Of a stretch of 64,000 nt of DNA, positions 50,693-64,000 are shown piece by piece (the stretch's first letter is position 1; every line of letters begins with the position of its first letter). The translations under genes and the position numbers were made by a program. Source of the stretch: Octopus vulgaris (Eukaryota); the NCBI GenBank assembly GCA_951406725.2, contig OX597816.1:112096001-112160000 (forward strand), in the 5' to 3' direction. The notes beneath the pieces were generated by a model. That model worked only from the letters and a program-made list of their open reading frames with translations, was not told where the DNA came from and ran no database searches.

Positions 50693-53600
50693 CCCAGGTT
50701 AGTCATATTCTAAACATGTTTGCTTCCTAGTCAAGGAGCAAAGTGTAGAATCTGTAACTTTGCATTTCTTTTTTTCATTTTCAAGGCTGATAGAAGAATG
50801 GAGAAAGTTATTCTAGGGCTGGAGATCTAGCCAAAATGCCTCTACCAGAGTGAGATCCTTCGAGATGTTCCAGGATCAAATGGTGAGGTTAAGCTACATG
50901 ATAAAGGGTATCTACTTTCCAAGACCTTATAAGGGAGAGACCCAGAACACATATAGCCAGGCCTCTCATCAGGTTCTTTAACAATTCTGATAATCTCTAG
51001 CCATGGAGATAATCCAGCCAAGAATAAAAAATGATGATAACCTGTGTGGAAACTGAACTCAAGTAGCAGAGAACCAGAACAAATATCACAAACCATTTTG
51101 CTATAAAGTGTTATCACCTATGCCACTTCAGTACCCAGCAGCTTCATTCTGAATTTACTTTGTTGTAGAAAGTTGTCGTTTATCGGTTTGTTAATGATGT
51201 GTAAGTTTTTCTGGCACAGTTCAAATAAAAAGAAAAGAACCTAATGAGGGAATTGCAACATTGTCATCACTTAATCTGCTAAAAATAGTAACTAAATTTC
51301 ATTCAGACAGCATCCTGCCATTTTAAAGAAAGGACAAATTGGATAATATAATCTTTAGACAAAACCCTGAAATGATGGGTGTTCACGCCTGGAATGCCTT
51401 TAGACAAAGATCTGCTCAATCAGGATTGATCTGGAACTAAACAGCAATATGATATAATTTACTGCAACCAATTAAGCTTATATTGAATGCTCATAATAGA
51501 TTCACTTTTATTCTACTTTTACATCTTCCCAACAAACATCATCATCATCATTGTCATCATTGTCGTAGTCATCATCGTCATTGCCATTGTCATCGTCATT
51601 GTCATCATCATCATCACCACTATCAATCTACTTTTTTTGATGCTCATACTTTCTACATAATATAGAAGGCTCCATATATGTGAATTGAGTTTTGTTCCTC
51701 CCGGCAAAATCCTTAGAACATTAGAAAACATGTTAGCAGCATTTTGTTATGTACCTCTATATACTTCCAAGGTCAATAAAAGGAAATACCAGTGAAGTAC
51801 TAATGCTGGTTATATATTCCTATAAAAAATCCTAGATGCAAATAATATTTTAAAAGCAGAACACTATCACCAATATTCTGTAAGAGCTTAGATTTATTTT
51901 CATGTAAATGGTCAGAAATCTTATTCACTATCCTGATTATATTTTTTAAAATTTTCCTGCTTTAATACTTCTGTCTTTCCTGTTTTGAAGAATAATAGGT
52001 GACAGCAAAACGTGAGCAAAAACAAAGCACCATAGAGATGTAATTCTGTAGAGGAAAAACAGGACAAACTATTTTGTCTGAGATTGAGAAAGCATTTTTT
52101 CATATTAGTGACTCTGCTGCTGACCAGTTGCTTTGGGAGATTCTTCATCATATAATTACACAATTCCATACTGAGTGTTATATGTGCAAAGTTATTAGAT
52201 ATCCTAAGCAACAATGCATCTCAAGTGGGCATTAAAAATTCCTGTCCACATAGCTGAATAGATTTTGATCTCAAAAAATTAATTAATCTTGCTAACATCA
52301 GGAACTACTGTCACAAGAATGCAAACGATTGCAATGATCTAAAACTGAATAGGCTCAGATCAATTTGGTCACAGAACAATGCAAAGGAGAAAAGTTAATG
52401 CAAAATTAGTGTCACAGATATATGAAAAGGAGAAAGTTAATGCAAAATTAGTGTCACAGATATATGAAAACAATAAACACAAGTGAGATTGAGGAAAATC
52501 ATTCATTATCCTGCATATATGAAAGTCTAGAGCTTATTTTATTAGAATTATTAGAATTTTATTACAATTATTAAACTTTCATTACATTTTTATTACGGTT
52601 ATTACAATTGTTGTTGTCTAGAAATATTATGTTCCTTATAATTTTAATTCATTAACTGTTAGCATGAATATGAAGTGAAATAAAATTACATACCAGCTTT
52701 CAACAGACATTGACTACAACAGACATTGACTGCAATCATTTCACTTGCATTGTATTTATTGTTTTCCTATATCTGTTACACTAATTTTGCATTAACATTC
52801 TTCTATCCTTTGTTCTATGGCCAAATTAATCTGGAAGCCTACTGCACAGATTATAATTATAATGCTGTTCACAGAAATAGATCTAATCTATTCCTTTTAA
52901 CAAAGGGAAAACTTATAAGGGTTAAGGGAAATTGAATGGATAAAATATTTTAACATGTGATTGCATACGGTTTGCAAACAATTATTGCAAAACCTATGAT
53001 GGAACCTGTATTTGTCATATGAACAATTAGAAATAAAAGCAGCAGTCAAATCTCCCTCAACTCACACTCTACTGATTTATGAGTAGCTTTGGTCAGCCTT
53101 GGGCTATATTTAAAGACACTTGCCCAAGATGCCATATAGCATAACTGAACCCAAAACCTATAAAATTTCAAAGTGAACATTCTCCATATGAAAGACCCCT
53201 CAGAAGTGCTCAAAAGGGTAATAAGTTATAAAAAGAAAAGGTGTTTTTTCCAATCACATATTGTTCTTTTGCATAAATTTTATTTCAGGCAGATATTCAT
53301 TCAAACAATATAAAAAGCTTTTTATCAACACCTATGGCCTTCTTTCTGTTTTCTAAGACAAAAAAAACGAAAAAAAAAAAAAAGAAAAAGAAAATTAGAA
53401 TGTGAAGAATATGTCTAAATTGATTATTTTTTGGTTGAAAACCCAATGCCATCAGAGTTTATTTCTGGTTGTTCTTTTTTTTTTAAATAATGTGATATTG
53501 ATTTGGGCATGTAATTAGTGATTCTGTCTAATAGATTAGAGAACTCTCATGTTTGTTCAGTGAGAACTTGCTTATTAACATTTCATTAACAAACAGATTT

Positions 53601-53787
53601 CCAAAATGAGCTCTTCAACCATGAACAGAGATATAGAAAATTTGAATTATTTATTAAGTCACTGAGGATAAGCCACTTGACTGGAAATATTTACATTACT
53701 TCTTCACTTGCACACAAAAAAGCATTTTGTTTGATATACAGAATATCATATATGTGCATGTATATTTACATATAAATATATATATAT

Positions 53788-53826
<39 letters not shown>

Positions 53827-54150
53827 GGCTCACATATGATATGTAAATGCATATACATACACACACATATAAATGAGAAGCAGAGAGAAAAAGAATGACG
53901 AAAGTAGAGGATGATAGAAAAATATATATGTACAGAGGAGATTCACAGCATTGTAAACAATCCAGAAGTGTAAATAATTTAATACAATGATGTAGAAAAG
54001 ATTATGAATTTAATTTTAAACTGAAGTTGCATAGTTTTGGCTATAAGTTAATATTTTACCAGATCTCGAGCAAGTGATGGAATAAATGAAACAGTCAAGT
54101 ATCTATTTATTATATGGGATATAAGATATGAAAATGACTGAACAGGCATA

Positions 54151-54362
54151 TACTCTCTCTTTACTTGTTTCAGTCATTTGAATGTGGCCATGCTGGAGCA
54201 CCGCCTTTAGTCGAGCAAATCAACCCCAGGACCTATTCTTTGTAAGCTTAGTACTTATTCTATCGGACTCTTTTGCCAAACCGCTAAGTTACAGGGACGT
54301 AAATACACCAGCATCGGTTGTCAAGCAATGTTGGGGGGACAAGCATAGACACACAAACATAT

Positions 54363-54393
<31 letters not shown>

Positions 54394-54555
54394 CGACAGG
54401 CTTCTTTCAGTTTCCGTCTACCAAATCCACTCACAATGCTTTGGTCGGCCTGAGGCTATAGTAGAAGACACTTGCCCAAGGTGCCATGCAGTCAGACTGA
54501 ACCTAGAATCATGTGGTTGGTAAGCAAGCTACTTACCACACAGCCACTCCTGCAC
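54151..54555 (-). mobile_element. SINE family A
   Basis: Full-length colinear copy. Confidence 0.88.
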
Positions 54556-56123
54556 TTATATATATTAGCAATATAAATCTTTTTGATGTCACAGGAACAT
54601 ATGTTGATACCAAACACATATTAGTCCATTCTCAAATATTAAATGAAAATTCCCTATCTCTTTGGTAACCTATATCCAACACCTCAAAGATGATGGTATA
54701 CCTTATCAATTCCTTGGTTTATCATTAATACTGTAATACTGTATCTAGGAAGCCAACTAGCATTTAATTTATTCTGCCAAGAATCTTTAGATGTATTTCA
54801 TAAGAATTAAGAATTCCTCCTTAGTAGGTTCTGTGATGTAAATATCTTCTTTTGTCACAACTATTACAAAACTTACTCGTATTACCATAAATCATTCTGC
54901 TCTACCAAACTAGATAACTAACATGGAGTTCAACTCCTAATTACTTGACCATCCTTCCACTTCCAGCATAACACTTGTTGTTTACTGAACGTTGGTTCAG
55001 AGATTTTTATTCTGCCTCCTGTGCATGGTGACATCACTATGATGACCATCCCACTTTTCTCAAACTCTATTATTCTTTCATGTTACACTTTGGTCTGTTC
55101 TCTGTCTTGAGAGAAGGCTCTTCCATTGCACATTCCTACTTGTTCTTCCTTCTCTTACCATTAGTTAGTAATTCACACTCACTCTCCAGTCTCATCTTCC
55201 TTTCCCTTGTATGTGATACTTACACTTCACACTGTGTCCACGCTATACAAAGCAAGTCTTTATACTTTGATAGAGTTCAGTTTTATTTCTTATCCATTCC
55301 TGTATATGATTAATGAGGTTCTTTTGAACTGGCCAGCTACCCCATATCTCTCACTACTTACCAATATATTCATGTTTATAACTCTTGTGCCAGTAGCAGA
55401 CAATTTTTATTGACTGACTCATCAATAGTTGCTCTACCTTCTCCCTCTTCTCCTTTCTCCAGCCTGGGTCCTTCTATCTTTCTCCTCTCTCTTTGTACTC
55501 TGCAGCATTCCTTTGACCTCTCAGTCCCTCTCCCTTTATCACTCCTAACTAATTCACCCACTTTGCTTCACCCCACCTACCTTCCTTTTTACCTCTCACT
55601 ACAACCTTTCCTTATGTCTCTATGTCAATTAATTTTTTTGATTCAATATATATTTTCAAACACTATCCCTATCATACAATTTCCCATTCAACCACTGAAA
55701 AGAATGCCATTGACTCTGCTGCATGAAACCATCAGCATCCATGTTAGTTGATACTTTACTTTCATGTATACTAACAATGTTGCCTCAGTATTGCACCTTC
55801 TTGCATAACATGCATTGTTCCAATCACTGGCTATTTGAAACAGCTGGTAAGATACAAACTAATTACATAAAAATCTTATATGCGACTTTCTCATGCTTGT
55901 TATCATTTGTCTTTCTGCCTTCATATCCACTTGCTTTTGATCATTCTTTTAGCTGACTGTTCTACGTCTAGACTACCTCATCGAGATGAAGAAAGTAGAC
56001 TCTAGGAGTTTGATCTATCTGAGCACTATTTGATGACTATCTATAAAATGCATATACTACCATTTTATGACCCATTGTATGCACACACACACATATATAC
56101 ATCCATGTGCGTGTGTGTGTGTG

Positions 56124-56334
56124 TATTCTTTTGTTCTTTTACTTGTTTCAGTCATTTGACTGTGACCATGCTGGAACTCCACCTTTAGTCAAACAAATTG
56201 AGCCCAGGACTTATTCTCTGTGAGCCTAGTACTTATTCTATCAGCACTTTTGCCAAACTGCTAAGTTACGAGGATGTAAACACACCAACATATATATTAT
56301 TGGCTAAACTGGCAAAATGACCATTCCAAAATAT

Positions 56335-56383
<49 letters not shown>

Positions 56384-56525
56384 ACAGGCTTCTTTCAGTT
56401 TCTGCCTACTTACCTACTAAATCCACTCACAAGGCTTTGGTCGGCCTGAGGCTATAGTAGAAATCACTTACCCAAGTTGCCACATAGTGGGATTGAACCC
56501 AGAACTATGTGATTGGGAAGCAAGC
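56124..56525 (-). mobile_element. SINE family A (head clipped, middle replaced)
   Basis: Colinear 3' and 5' halves; the internal segment is replaced by ttggctaaactggcaaaatgaccattcc. Confidence 0.8.
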
Positions 56526-56535
56526 ATATATATAG

Positions 56536-57016
56536 ATCATCATTATCATCATCGTTTAACGTCCGCTTTCCATGCTGACATGGGTTGGACAGTTTAACTG
56601 AAGGCTGGCAAGCCAGAAGGCTGCACCAAGCTCTAATCTGATCTGGCAAAGTTTCTACAACCAGATGCCTTTCCTAATGCCAACCACTCCGAGAGTGTAG
56701 TGGGTGCTTTTTACCTGCCACCGGCATGAGGGCCAGTCAGGTGGTACTGGCATCGACCACGCTTGAATGGTGCTTTTTATATGCCACCAGCACAGGAACC
56801 AGTCAGACAATACTGTCATCAGCTATGACAAAGACTTCACTTGTGTCAACAGGTCTTCGTAAGTGCAGTTGATTGCCCAATGATTGAAAGGTACTCTTAA
56901 ATGGGCTGGCTATGCTGCACTGGCATAGGCCAGGGTTATGGTCTCACTTGGCTTTCCTGGTCTTCTCAAACACAGCACATCTCCAAAGGTCTCGATCAGT
57001 TGTCATCACCTCCATG
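56536..57016 (-). mobile_element. Family B element
   Basis: (CAT)n + cgtttaacgtccgctttccatgc... colinear with other copies. Confidence 0.78.
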
Positions 57017-57017
57017 A

Positions 57018-57401
57018 TCATTGGCATTATGCAAAAGTTTCCTAAGTCCAAAATGTTGCTTTTGCAGAAAACGAAAAAATAGTTTTACCATTCCATTTCT
57101 TTGTACACTAGCAACAGTTTCAGCTGAACAATAATATTTTGTTGGGTGCATAAAGTCATAAACTCCATGCATGTATGGTATTTTCGGTCAGAAATATTTT
57201 TGCAAAACTGTCGTATGTGGGACTTACCACACTTTTGAGAAAATGCTAAACCGTTGTACTACACTTTGACAATTTTCATGTCTTGGTATCTGAAGCAGAT
57301 GGAGATATGATAGTTTGCCCAAAAGAACAGCAAAATTAAATACTGAGAAAAATGCTTTGGGCCAAATTTGGACATACGACAGTTTAACATAAAAGCAACG
57401 G
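57018..57401. mobile_element. Putative non-autonomous DNA transposon with ~34-bp imperfect TIRs
   Basis: Left cattggcattatgcaaaagtttcctaagtccaaa versus reverse-complemented right cgttgcttttatgttaaactgtcgtatgtccaaa; internal copy of aaactgtcgtatgt near 57205. Confidence 0.45.
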
Positions 57402-60400
57402 TATTATTACACAGATATCGGTTTTGTTTATACTGGTATTGATGTAGTGGATATTTTAAAATTTTGCCTTTGGTAAACCCAGCTGAAGAAGACTAACCAA
57501 ATTTACGATAACAAGCATATTTTGGAAAGTCCAAAACTCAATTACTAGGTTATCTATTTTAGTTTGTCCATTTATCCGGCGTTCTTCCTAGAGGTAAAAC
57601 GAAAATTTTTTATGTTCGCCACCCATGCACGTTTGCTTTTACATAGCGTCATATGGTTACCTTCTGCTATTTCCAGCAAACATTGGTGCCTTGTTGTACC
57701 ACTATTTCCTATTTATTGATATATGTGTGGGGGGGGGGAGTGTGTGTGTGAGTGTGTGTATGTGTAGGAGCATGGCTTATTGGTTAGGATGTTGGACTCA
57801 CGATGATAAGTTGTGATTTTGATTCCTGAGCCAGACGATGCATTACGTTCTTGAACAAAACACTTCATTTCATGTTGCTCTAGTTCATTCAGCTGATAAA
57901 AATGAGTAATCTTGCAATGGACTGGCATCCTGTCCAGAGAAACCAGGAAATTAGCAGGTCTGATATTGGGGCTGATGAAGCCATATAAATTCTCTAACAA
58001 CCACTCCTAACCCTTTCCAGAGGTATGGCAAGAAGGCAAATCCTGCTGCCACACATATGTCCTTCCAGCAGCAACCCTCACCAACTAGAGTTTGACCATA
58101 GTCTCCAGCTGCTTCACAGAGCCATCACAATTGAGCTTAACGTTCTGTTCAAAGAAGAGAGGAGGAATTCCCCAGCATGTGGATACAGTCAGAACACCTA
58201 CTGCATCTCTTCCTGCTGGCCACAACTTTGTAGTCTCTATTACAGCAGTTGTCCTTGTCACATCTTACTGCCTTTATGGTGTTTATAGAGCATTGAGCAG
58301 TAGTCAGGATTTCTATATTTTGATGCTCGTTGCAAATTATTATGATATAGGTAACTCTCTCACCCATCTTTATGTTCTGAATTCAAATTCTGCCAAAGTC
58401 AACTTTGCCTGTCATCCTTTTGGGACTGATAAAATAAGTACCAGTTGAGCACTGGTGTCGATGTAATCGACTTAACCCCACCCCTAAAATTGCAGGCCTT
58501 GTGGCAAACTTTAAAATCAATATCTAGATGGCTCCCAGTCATCCATTTCAGCTAAATTTTATCAACTACAACTTCAATGTTTGTGTTTTCCAATGCCATT
58601 GACTGTTCACCAATATATCAAGTTGTTCCTGAGAAAAAGAAGACGTAAAAAAAATTATCAAATTTAGCCTGAACACTCTGTATGTATGTGTACACACACA
58701 TACATGCATGTGTGTGTGTGTATGTGTGTGTGTGTATGTGTGTGTTATGTGTGTGTGTGTATGTATGTATATGTCTCACTCTCTATGTGTGTGTGTATGT
58801 GTGTTTGTTTCTTCCTGTTTGTGTCTATTGTTTATGTGCTGTGTAATATAAAATAAATTTAACTCTTCATGCACATATGTTGCCTTTCACAGCAAGATTA
58901 CATACATTCCATGCTTCAAACATGTAGGGACTTGTTATGAAAAGAAACTTAGAAAGAAACTTAGAGAATATACTCCATCCTATTAAATACAAAGTCTCTT
59001 TGTGAAATAAAATCTAGAGGATATACATACCCCCTGTTAGTGGGTTCATGATACATGTATTAAATTGATGTCTCAGACATGGACTTTCAGCAGACCTCAT
59101 CAAATCTTGTTCACTGTTGGTGTAATAGATTTAAGAAAACGAACTCATAGGCATTTAGATAGTGTGCCTTAATTTACACAGTTATAACCTGTTAGATTTA
59201 ATTCAATAATGTTAATGTAAGGCTTGATAATATAGAAAATAAAAACACAATTAGCTCAATTAAAATAAATTCTGTAGTATTATCAACTCACATCTTGCAT
59301 TAGTGTTTGTGATTAACCTTCATTAAACACCTAGAGTGAAATATTGCTTACTCTTTGAACTCAGATTAATCTCAGCTTCTAATCACACATTTCTCAGGTT
59401 CATGTTGTAATATATATCCAGGGATCACACTCTTTCCAGTTGTTTCCAAACTCTTGCAAACATTGGAAATGAATATATCACTTCTAATGCACATGTGGAA
59501 AGAAAACATTTATCTCAGCATCAAGTGTTGATGTGCTGGATAAAAGATTAAAAGACTTCTTCCAGGCATTTATTTTTCCTTTTTATCTTGAAATTTTAAA
59601 ACAAGTGCATCGAAAGCTAACGGTGTGAATTTTGGTACAAAAAAGAAAAAAAGAAGAAGTAACATTACAAATTGAAATGAAGATAGAACTGGGTTAGATA
59701 GAATCAGATTCAGCTTGAACACATCGATTTCAAGTCTGTGGGGGCTTGCAAAGGTCATAGGTACAACCCTTGCTCTTGAATAACCCACAAAGTGAAATAC
59801 AGAACTTCAGATGTAAACATCTTGGCAGCTTCAAGAGAAGACACAGTTGTATCTTTTCTTTTTTAACTTGAAACAGGTTTTACTTAACTTTCTATAACTC
59901 AATGAATGTACACAATTTATTGAGTAAAGAGCATTTTGTAAATAACTTAAGAGGATTCTATGTAGTTTTGCATAAAAAGAGAATTTGAAGAATTATAGCT
60001 GTAATGAGGAGACTAAATGCTGCAACCTAAGTAACAAGTTTGCAGTAAAAGTAGAAATCAAAATATTGATATCAACTCTCTTCATGATAATCATTAAGCT
60101 TCTATCTACTACCACCATCAGCAACAACAGCCGTCCAAGAATTTGGACCTGGAGATTTCCATTTCCGGTGACTTCGAGGGCCACCTCCCACTGGTGTCGG
60201 GCATTAACAAAGAGCCCTCAACTACAAGACAACCAAGGTTTTTTTTTCCAAGGTCTGGGGTCTCCCGCCCCTAAGCCCTAGACCATCACCTAATCACCCT
60301 TATCCATCTTGTTGCTTAACAACAACAACAACCAGCAACAACAATAACAATGAAGAACTCTTGATTGAATGCACATTGGAATCTCTGGACTCCAAACCTT

Positions 60401-61337
60401 ATTTTCTAGCAAAAATATTAAATAACAAAAGATGAAAACATGGGAAAAAAAAATCCAGCTAGGTAGTAGAAAAATGCCAAATGATGGTCAAAAAGTGTAC
60501 CAGTTATTTGCAAGGGTCACAGACGCTAATTAGCATTGGAGTAACAGCTGTGTTCTTTAGTCATGAAGGATGGAGACAAGAACTGAAATTTCTTACAGAT
60601 TGATAGGTAAGCAAACTTTAGTCATACCAGATTCACTGGAATATATGATAGCATGAATAACAATTTATTGAATAGCATGTTGAGATGCTTGATGTGAGCA
60701 AGTGATAAGTTCTGTCAACTTAGTAACGTAATTTGTAAAGGAAGCATGGTTAGTTATTGCAAAGTGGCTAAGATCTAAGAAAAATAAAAATTATGTTTAG
60801 AACTGCCACATCTGTTGGCATCAAAGGAATTTATTTCTATAGAAAAAAAAAGAAGACTATGATATTTGTCTAAGATACACAACGTTGTGTGGTAGTGAAA
60901 ACGTCAGTTTATAAGATTTATAGTGACTGGGTAAAAACAAGTTGAATGTAGTGTGTGTTGAATATACAACTAGCTTACAAGAAAGATTAAGCGTAAGTGA
61001 ATTGAGAAAGTAAACAGACACCAAAGGTATTAGATGATGTAAACAAGATAATATTTTTTAAAAAATAATTAGAAAACATTGTGTCGATATGGTCATGTAA
61101 TTCAAATGGATTATTTTTTTTAAATTCTTTTACTAGTTTTAGTCATTGGAATGCAGCCATACTGGAGCACTGCCCTCAGTAGTTTTAGTTGGTTTTTATT
61201 AACCTCAGTATTTATTTCCATTTAGTACTTGTTTTATCAATCTATATTTTTATTGAGGAGCTAAGCAAACTTTTGTGAAACTTGCTTGTTTTTAACCACT
61301 GGTGCTGTGTCAAATGGTTAAACATGTTTGACACAGT

Positions 61338-61740
61338 AGGAGTGGCTGTGTGGTAAGTAGCTTGCTTACTAACCACATGGTTCCAAGTTCAGTCCCACTG
61401 CGTAGCACCTTGGGCAAGTGTCTTCTACTATAGCCTCAGGCCGACTAAAGCCTTGTGAGTGGATCTGGTAGACGGAAACTGAAAGAAGCCTGTCGTATAT
61501 ATGTATATGTATATATATGTGTGTGTGTGTTTCTGTGTCTGTGTTTGTCCCCCTAGCATCGCTTGACAACCAATGCTGGTGTGTTTACATCCCCATATCT
61601 TAGCGATTTGGCAAAAAAGACTGATAGAATAAGTACTAGGCTCACAAAGAATAAGTCCTGGAGTCGATTTTCTCGACTAAAGGCGGTGCTCCAGCATGGC
61701 TGCAGTCAATTGACTGAAACAAGTAAAAGAGTAAGAGAGT
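61338..61740 (+). mobile_element. SINE family A
   Basis: Full-length colinear copy. Confidence 0.88.
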
Positions 61741-61879
61741 ATGTAAAAACACAAGCACAAACAGATATGAGGATCAGCTGAAAAGTTCATAGGTTGGCTA
61801 AGATACTCTCATAGAATGTGACCAAATGAGCTTTAGTTTTCAACATAGTCCCCTTTGGTGTTGCAGTATTTTGATCCCA

Positions 61880-62310
61880 TTCTTTTCTTTTATTCTTTTA
61901 TTTGTTTCAGTCATTTGACTGCAGCCATGTTGGAGCACCACCTTCAGTCGAGCAAATCGACTCCGGGACTTATTCTTTGTAAGCCTAGTACTTATTTTAT
62001 CGGTTTCTCTGCTGAACCACTAAGTGATGGGGAGGTAAACACACCAGCATTGGTTGTCAAGCGATGTTGGTGGACAAACACAGACACACAAACATATACA
62101 TACATACCTATATATATATGTATATATATATATATATATATACATACAATGGGCTTCTTTTCAGTTTCCATCAACCAAATCCACTCACAAGGCTTTGGTT
62201 GGTCTGAGGCTATAGTAGAAGACACTTGCCCAAGGTGCCACACAGTGGGACTGAACCCGGAACCATGTGGTTGGTAAGCAAGCTACTTACCACACAGTCA
62301 CTCCTGCACC
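61880..62310 (-). mobile_element. SINE family A (inverted relative to 61338-61740)
   Basis: Full-length colinear copy inserted in a mariner-like end fragment (61768-62362). Confidence 0.88.
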
Positions 62311-62439
62311 GTTGATGAAGAAGCTTCCATCCAGTTGGTCGAAAAGTCATCAACAACAGATATAATATTACTGCAATACTGGTTCCCAGCCACTCACATG
62401 GCTTTGGTAAGTCTGCTACAGGGACATTTAGCATATTTT

Positions 62440-63012
62440 GGCAATCTTATGGTGATGAGGCAATGGGTCATACACAATGCTTTGAGTGGCGTGAGCACTT
62501 CAAAAGTGGAAGAATGTACCTAGAAGACAATGAGGGATCTGGAAGACATACCACAAAGTCACCCCTAGAAATGTGGTATCACATATCGAAAAATTTGACC
62601 CCTAAGACCAGACCATAAATTGAGAGTTCTACTGCAACGTTTCAAAGCATTTGAGGAAGAACATTCAGTGAAAGTGACCAGATCTGTGGAGCATGAAGAA
62701 ATGGATTCTTCACTCTTGAGGTTCTCACAAAAAACAACATGGTATCATTTCCACACCCATCCTATTCACCAGATTTAGCACCAGCTGACTTCCATCCCTT
62801 CCCAAAGATGAAAATGCAGTTCAAAGGTAACTGTTTTAACACCATTGTCGAGATCCAGAGTGAATTGTAAAAGGTCCTCAACTTGCTTACAGCAAACAAC
62901 TTCAAGGCTGGATTCCAAAAGTGGCAGGAATGCTGGTACTGGTGTATTGCTGCACAAGGTGACTGTTTCAAAGATGATGTTAAAACATAACTAGTCCTGG
63001 AATTTTTATATA
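62440..63012 (+). mobile_element. Second copy of the internally deleted mariner family (5' truncated)
   Basis: Aligns by eye to 9720-10320, including the same HTH-to-catalytic-domain deletion junction; contains HPSYSPDLAPADFHPF. Confidence 0.85.
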
Positions 63013-63013
63013 T

Positions 63014-63318
63014 CACCATCATTATCGTCGTTGTTTAACGTCCACTTTCCATGCTGGCATGGGTTGGATGGTTTGACTGAGGACTGGCGAGCCAGGAGGC
63101 TTCACCAGGCTCCAATCTGATCTGGCAAAGTTTCTACAGCTGGATGCCCTTCCTAATGCCAACCCCTCTGAGAGTGTAGTGGGTGCTTTTACGTACCACT
63201 GGCATGAGGGCCAGTCAGGCGGTACTGGCAACGACCACACTCAAAAGGTATTTTTTACATACCACCTGCATGGGAGCCAGTCTGGCAGCACTGACAACAA
63301 CCACACTCAAATGGCATC
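63014..63318 (-). mobile_element. Family B element
   Basis: Colinear copy with internal tandem units. Confidence 0.78.
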
Positions 63319-63324
63319 ACAGTA

Positions 63325-63559
63325 GTCATAAAATCGTAAAAAATAGGGATTTTCATAGAAAAAAAGCACCTTTTTGATGTAAATAATTTTTGGTGTTAAC
63401 ATGGTCTGATTTGAATTTTTTCTTCTACAGAAGGAAGAGCAAGCCTTCTTCTATCATACTCTCAATTTTGGCCAACTTGCGTCGCAGGGTCTCGGAGGAG
63501 ATAGTGTGAGTTGAAGGCTACCAAACCTGCCATACACAGACAACTTCAGCTTTATATAT

Positions 63560-63560
<1 letters not shown>
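63325..63560 (+). mobile_element. Possible non-autonomous Helitron-like (Lep1/HINE-type) 3' end
   Basis: ctcaattttggccaacttgcgtcgcagggtctcggaggagatag...cagacaacttcagctttatatata resembles, from memory, the 3' layout of such elements. Confidence 0.35.
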
Positions 63561-63604
<44 letters not shown>

Positions 63605-63869
63605 TAAAGTAGTTGTATGCTGTCAACTTTATGTGACAGTCCCATGAAGGGAATAATACAACAGCTATTTAGCCCTAGGAAGCAGCACTGCTTCTTGTCA
63701 GCCTTAACACATTTCCTGTGTCCTTACGTTTAGAAATGTATTATTTCTATTTTTGAAAACATCAAAGACTTTTCTACTCTTCTTGAGCATCAAACTAATA
63801 CACGTGCTTGTTGTTCCCTCACCTGTCTTCATTTTTTATTTTCTGTAAATTTGAACCATATATATCTCT

Positions 63870-64000
63870 CTTTTCTTTTTTTCTCTTTTACTTGTTTCAG
63901 TCATTTGACTGCGGCCATGCTGGAGCATCGCCTTTAGTCGAGCAGATCGACCCCGGGACTTATTCTTTGTAAGCCCAGTACTTATTCTATCGGTCTCTTT
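63870..64000 (-). mobile_element. SINE family A 3' end (cut by window edge)
   Basis: tacttgtttcagtcatttgactgcggccatgctggagc..., CpG-rich young copy. Confidence 0.85.

Noticed and set aside
53655-53700. CTGAGGA...GAAA motif
   Set aside because: No stem I pairing; expected by chance in AT-rich DNA.
59370-59860. Complex unique-looking sequence with a 72-aa minus ORF
   Set aside because: No recognisable motif or splice structure; left uncalled.

Overview
This is AT-rich, microsatellite-dense eukaryotic DNA. From memory its repeat families look like those of octopus (coleoid cephalopod); this assignment is an inference. The window has no intact protein-coding gene, and almost all ORFs in the track are microsatellite or SINE artefacts. 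It is dominated by four families of tRNA-headed SINEs (labelled A, C, D, E here) and a (GAT)n-tailed non-autonomous retroelement (B). DNA transposons include one nearly intact 1,292-bp DD34D mariner with a single frameshift, several decayed mariners, a DD37D maT remnant and hAT remnants. LINE fragments belong to RTE, Jockey/CR1-type and R4/Dong-like RLE types. The most notable signal is a set of hammerhead-ribozyme (HHR) motifs in non-coding repeats. These are a structurally complete extended type I HHR at 5127-5206, a minimal HHR with palindromic stem III at 27356-27399 in a ~345-bp partial tandem repeat, and an inverted HHR pair at 36812-36983, plus degenerate variants. Their layout fits Penelope-like pLTRs or retrozymes. 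Weak evidence suggests the region is largely intronic to a + strand gene, with a candidate microexon at 1055-1078 and a candidate terminal exon from 44747.
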